DNA of 10,287 nucleotides from a virus (Duplodnaviria; Heunggongvirae; Uroviricota; Caudoviricetes): IMG/VR virus record IMGVR_UViG_2541047728_000006, positions 1 to 10,287 of that record; one strand, 5' to 3'. Shown piece by piece: positions 7,488 to 10,287 of this stretch (position 1 is its first letter; each line of letters starts with the position of its first letter). The notes under the pieces were generated by a model. It saw only the letters and a program-made list of their open reading frames with translations, ran no database searches and was not told where the DNA came from. The position numbers and the translations under genes were made by a program.

Positions 7488-8087
7488 TCAGAAACGGTAT
7501 CCGATACCAACAATAAATGCATCCGTTCGCCAGTCGCCACTACCGGAACCTTCATAAGCAATATCAATGGTCACGGATTCGGTCGGGTTAAACTGCACGC
7601 CAGCTCCCCACGCCAGAGACGTGTTGCTGTGGCGATCGTCATCACTTCCGGTCAGCACATCGTGCGTTTTCCCCTTGTTGTCAGTTACGCGGAGATAATC
7701 CCCGGAGAACGTCGACACACGGCTGTAAGCCACACCTGCCATCGCATAAGCACTGAACCATTCATTCACGCGTACAGATGGCCCCGCCATCACGCTGAAC
7801 CAGCGGTTACGCACTGAATCTTCATGCCAGCGGGTATCGCTGTAGTGCGTTTTTTGCTCATCCTCAGCATTGGCATAACTGAAGGACGTAATCAGCCCCA
7901 GCGCGTCCGTAAACTCATAACGGTATTTCACGTTAATCCCGTTCAGATTATCGCTGCCTGGCATATCAGTGTGGGTCTGAAGATACCCGGCGCTTAGTGT
8001 GGACTGATGCTCTGCTGCGCTCGCTGGCGTACCAGCGGCAACCAGCCAGACTACTGCGGACAGAATAACAGCACATAATTTACGCAT
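7488..8087 (-). CDS. lom: Lom, Ail/Lom/PagC/Rck/OmpX-family outer-membrane beta-barrel protein (199 aa)
   Basis: Signal peptide MRKLCAVILSAVVWLVAAGTPASA. Motifs GINVKYRYE, YAMAGVA and the C-terminal IDIAYEGSGSGDWRTD-FIVG-GY-F closely resemble recalled lambda Lom. Confidence 0.9.
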   Translation of the reverse strand: MRKLCAVILSAVVWLVAAGTPASAAEHQSTLSAGYLQTHTDMPGSDNLNGINVKYRYEFTDALGLITSFSYANAEDEQKTHYSDTRWHEDSVRNRWFSVMAGPSVRVNEWFSAYAMAGVAYSRVSTFSGDYLRVTDNKGKTHDVLTGSDDDRHSNTSLAWGAGVQFNPTESVTIDIAYEGSGSGDWRTDAFIVGIGYRF

Positions 8088-8110
8088 AATTACCTCTCGC
8101 TTTTCTGCAA

Positions 8111-8135
8111 TAAAAAAGGCGCCATTTCTGGCGCC
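8111..8135 (-). terminator. Rho-independent terminator on the minus strand immediately after J (stem GGCGCCA / TGGCGCC, 4-nt loop, then UUUUUU), about 24 nt upstream of the lom start
   Basis: Seen directly: 8118-8124 is the reverse complement of 8129-8135. The + strand A-run 8112-8117 gives a U-tract on the minus-strand transcript. Confidence 0.65.
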
Positions 8136-8154
8136 CGTATTGGGGTTATAAAAT

Positions 8155-10287
8155 TCAGCTAATCGTGATGCCTGCAGTGGCTTTCTTCATCACAACAACC
8201 AGCAAATCGCTGATACTTGCTGTGGGATACCAGCCATTTACCCACCATGCTGATACAGAAAACTCCAGCGTCATGTCGCCGCGACCAGCAGGCATATCAA
8301 TAACACCACTGTAAACCAGCGTATTATCCATCGCGGTACGGTTATAAATTTCAGCACCGTTTTTCTTCACTATCAGGCGGCATGACGAATAAGTATCGCT
8401 GTTCTCCCGCTCATGTCTGGCACCGCTGAAAGCCACCGCCGGAATAACAATCTGCCGGTTAAACGGCTGATCGTCATAAACCCTGACGGTAATGGTTCCT
8501 GATGGCCAACGCTTCGGTGCACGGGAGTCACGAGGGAAAGCCTTACCCACTGTTTTAACGAGATCGCCTTCAATCTGGTTTGCAGACAGTTTCCCTCTGA
8601 TGACACAGTTCTTGTTAATGGTGACATTATTGAGCGTGCCGGTATTCGCCGTGATGGCTCCACTGATATCCGCATTGCGGGCTGTCAGCCTGCCATCCGG
8701 CGTCAGGGAAAACGTCGGAGGATTGCCGGATGACGTGATGCTCACCGCAAACAGTCGCTTCAGGAACACGTCGTTCATGAACAGCTGATTCCCCTGCGCC
8801 ACAAACAGCGGCGTGGTGTTGCCGTTCTCCGGGGTAATCATCGCAATGCGATCGGCCTGCAGCAGAATGTTACTCAGGGTCTGACCATCAACATCCTCAA
8901 TCCCCGCGCCAATCCCGGCCACATAGGGAATACCGTTTTTTGTTTTCTGCACCTTCAGCATATACATGGCATTCAGCTCATTGCGCGTGTCTGACTGAAC
9001 CCGCTGGATTTGCTGTATGGTCACGGCCTGGTCACCCAGCTTTTTATCCGTGGTCGAGGTAATTTCACTCCCTTTTTTATCCACGTACTGGCGGACCTGT
9101 GCTATCTGTCGGGCGTTTTCTGACTGCCCCTGGCTGACAGTCTGTGAGATTTCACTGCTCACCCGGTCCACTTTCTGGCTCACCTGCGCGATGGCCAGTG
9201 TCTGGTCCTCATTCTTTTTCGCAACCAGCTGCGTGAGGCTGTTTTCCGCCTTCCCGATTTTCCGGGTCACTTCTGCGATATCCGTGTCCATCCGCTGACG
9301 GATGTCTTCTTCCAGTTGCGTGACCTCCGTACGCAGCGCTGAAGCATCAATGCGCTCTTTCAGTGCCTGGCCCAGAAGCGTCTCATCTATCAGCCCCCGG
9401 AAAAATTCCAGATACCCTTCACCATCATTGCTGGGCTGCCCGCTGGCTTCCACAAAAGCAGATTTTCCCACCAGGTTGACGCTTCGCACGTAAAACCAGA
9501 AATCCGTCCCCGGCTTAATCCGGCTCCCCTGGACAGTCCACTGACTGCCGGTCCCCAGATAACGGGCAGATTTTTCCACCTGTGCCGTGTTCGTGATGCG
9601 TTTTTCTGAGAACCAGAATTCAAACTGTACCGTCGGGTCATACACCGCAAGACGCGGGACCGCCGTTATCTGAAAATACCCCGGCGTCAGCTCAATGGTG
9701 GCGGGTTTTGCAGGCGCGTTAATCCGGAAGGTGGTGGTCGCAGGTTCGCCCTGCTGGCCGTAGCTGTTAATGGCCCGCACCGTCAGGGTGTATTCCCCCA
9801 GCGGCAGACCACTGAAACGGTGCTCCGTGTCTGCGGTGATGGCGGTGCTCACCAGACGGCTGTCTTCTCCGCTTCCGCTGGTCAGACGCAGACTGAAGCG
9901 CACACCCTTCACCACCCGCGGCGTGTCCCATTTCGCCTGTGCCAGATACTGACCGTCAGCTGCACTCACCTCCACCGTCAGGTGCTGCACTGCCGGTGGG
10001 ATAACGCTGTTCAGGCTGCCTGACTGCGGCTCAAAGCTGGCCCCGTTATCCACAATGGCTTCTTTTTCCGGTACGTGCTGCACCGCCGTGATGGCAAAGG
10101 TGCCGTCCGTGTTTTCCCGGATGGAGACACAGCGGAACAGGCGACGGCGCAGTGACGGCAGGGAGAGTCCCCACACCCCGTATGTCTCCACACCATCAGG
10201 CAGGGTACTGACCTGTATCCGGTCCGGCGCGGGGTGTGCGGTGATGTCCACACTCACCGGCTTACCGCTGCCGTTAATCAGGTTCAC
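8155..10287 (-). CDS. J: Host-specificity / central tail fibre protein J, C-terminal about 710 codons (N-terminal part lies beyond the window end)
   Basis: Long minus-strand ORF open to the window edge. The sequence (fibronectin-III-like repeats, coiled segment [21 protein letters not shown]..., C-terminal domain) matches my recollection of lambda gpJ-type proteins. Position directly upstream of lom and stf matches lambda gene order. Confidence 0.88.
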   Translation of the reverse strand: MNLINGSGKPVSVDITAHPAPDRIQVSTLPDGVETYGVWGLSLPSLRRRLFRCVSIRENTDGTFAITAVQHVPEKEAIVDNGASFEPQSGSLNSVIPPAVQHLTVEVSAADGQYLAQAKWDTPRVVKGVRFSLRLTSGSGEDSRLVSTAITADTEHRFSGLPLGEYTLTVRAINSYGQQGEPATTTFRINAPAKPATIELTPGYFQITAVPRLAVYDPTVQFEFWFSEKRITNTAQVEKSARYLGTGSQWTVQGSRIKPGTDFWFYVRSVNLVGKSAFVEASGQPSNDGEGYLEFFRGLIDETLLGQALKERIDASALRTEVTQLEEDIRQRMDTDIAEVTRKIGKAENSLTQLVAKKNEDQTLAIAQVSQKVDRVSSEISQTVSQGQSENARQIAQVRQYVDKKGSEITSTTDKKLGDQAVTIQQIQRVQSDTRNELNAMYMLKVQKTKNGIPYVAGIGAGIEDVDGQTLSNILLQADRIAMITPENGNTTPLFVAQGNQLFMNDVFLKRLFAVSITSSGNPPTFSLTPDGRLTARNADISGAITANTGTLNNVTINKNCVIRGKLSANQIEGDLVKTVGKAFPRDSRAPKRWPSGTITVRVYDDQPFNRQIVIPAVAFSGARHERENSDTYSSCRLIVKKNGAEIYNRTAMDNTLVYSGVIDMPAGRGDMTLEFSVSAWWVNGWYPTASISDLLVVVMKKATAGITIS

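Larger units (their letters stand above)
4104..10287. mobile_element. Lambdoid prophage, tail-fibre-proximal end (J, lom, stf, small accessory genes, dinI-like); partial, continues beyond the window end
   Basis: Abrupt loss of mlrA homology at about 4103/4104, followed by the lambda-like late-region gene order J-lom-stf on the minus strand heading toward the junction. Confidence 0.85.

Noticed and set aside
7485..10253. Short ORFs within or antisense to lom and J (for example 7485-7817, 8373-8675, 8492-8788, 9017-9298, 9390-9650, 10011-10253)
   Set aside because: Nested in long, homology-supported minus-strand genes; no independent start signals.

Overview
This window reads as an Escherichia coli-type chromosomal locus interrupted by a lambdoid prophage. 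Left half (about 1-4035): the 5' fragment of an IS transposase gene at the window edge, then yehR (lipoprotein), yehS, and the btsR/btsS (yehT/yehU) LytTR/LytS-type two-component system, which are the genes that flank mlrA (yehV). At 4036 mlrA starts on the + strand, but only its first 22 codons are present before a stop and unrelated sequence. I interpret this as the chromosome/prophage junction of a prophage integrated into mlrA, a known insertion site for lambdoid (including Stx1-type) prophages. Right half (about 4104-10287): the tail-fibre-proximal end of that prophage, all identified by protein similarity from memory. It holds a dinI-like gene with a near-consensus LexA box, two small uncharacterised genes translationally coupled to the side tail fibre gene, an Stf-like side tail fibre gene with a repetitive shaft region, a lom (Ail/Lom family outer-membrane protein) moron bracketed by hairpin/T-tract terminators, and the C-terminal roughly 710 codons of a J-type host-specificity protein running off the window. 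No rRNA, tRNA or CRISPR array is evident. The parts most worth follow-up are the mlrA disruption, the att-proximal repeats, the SOS-regulated dinI-like gene and the two unannotatable small genes between stf and the att site. No database search was possible; all homology statements are from recall and should be verified.
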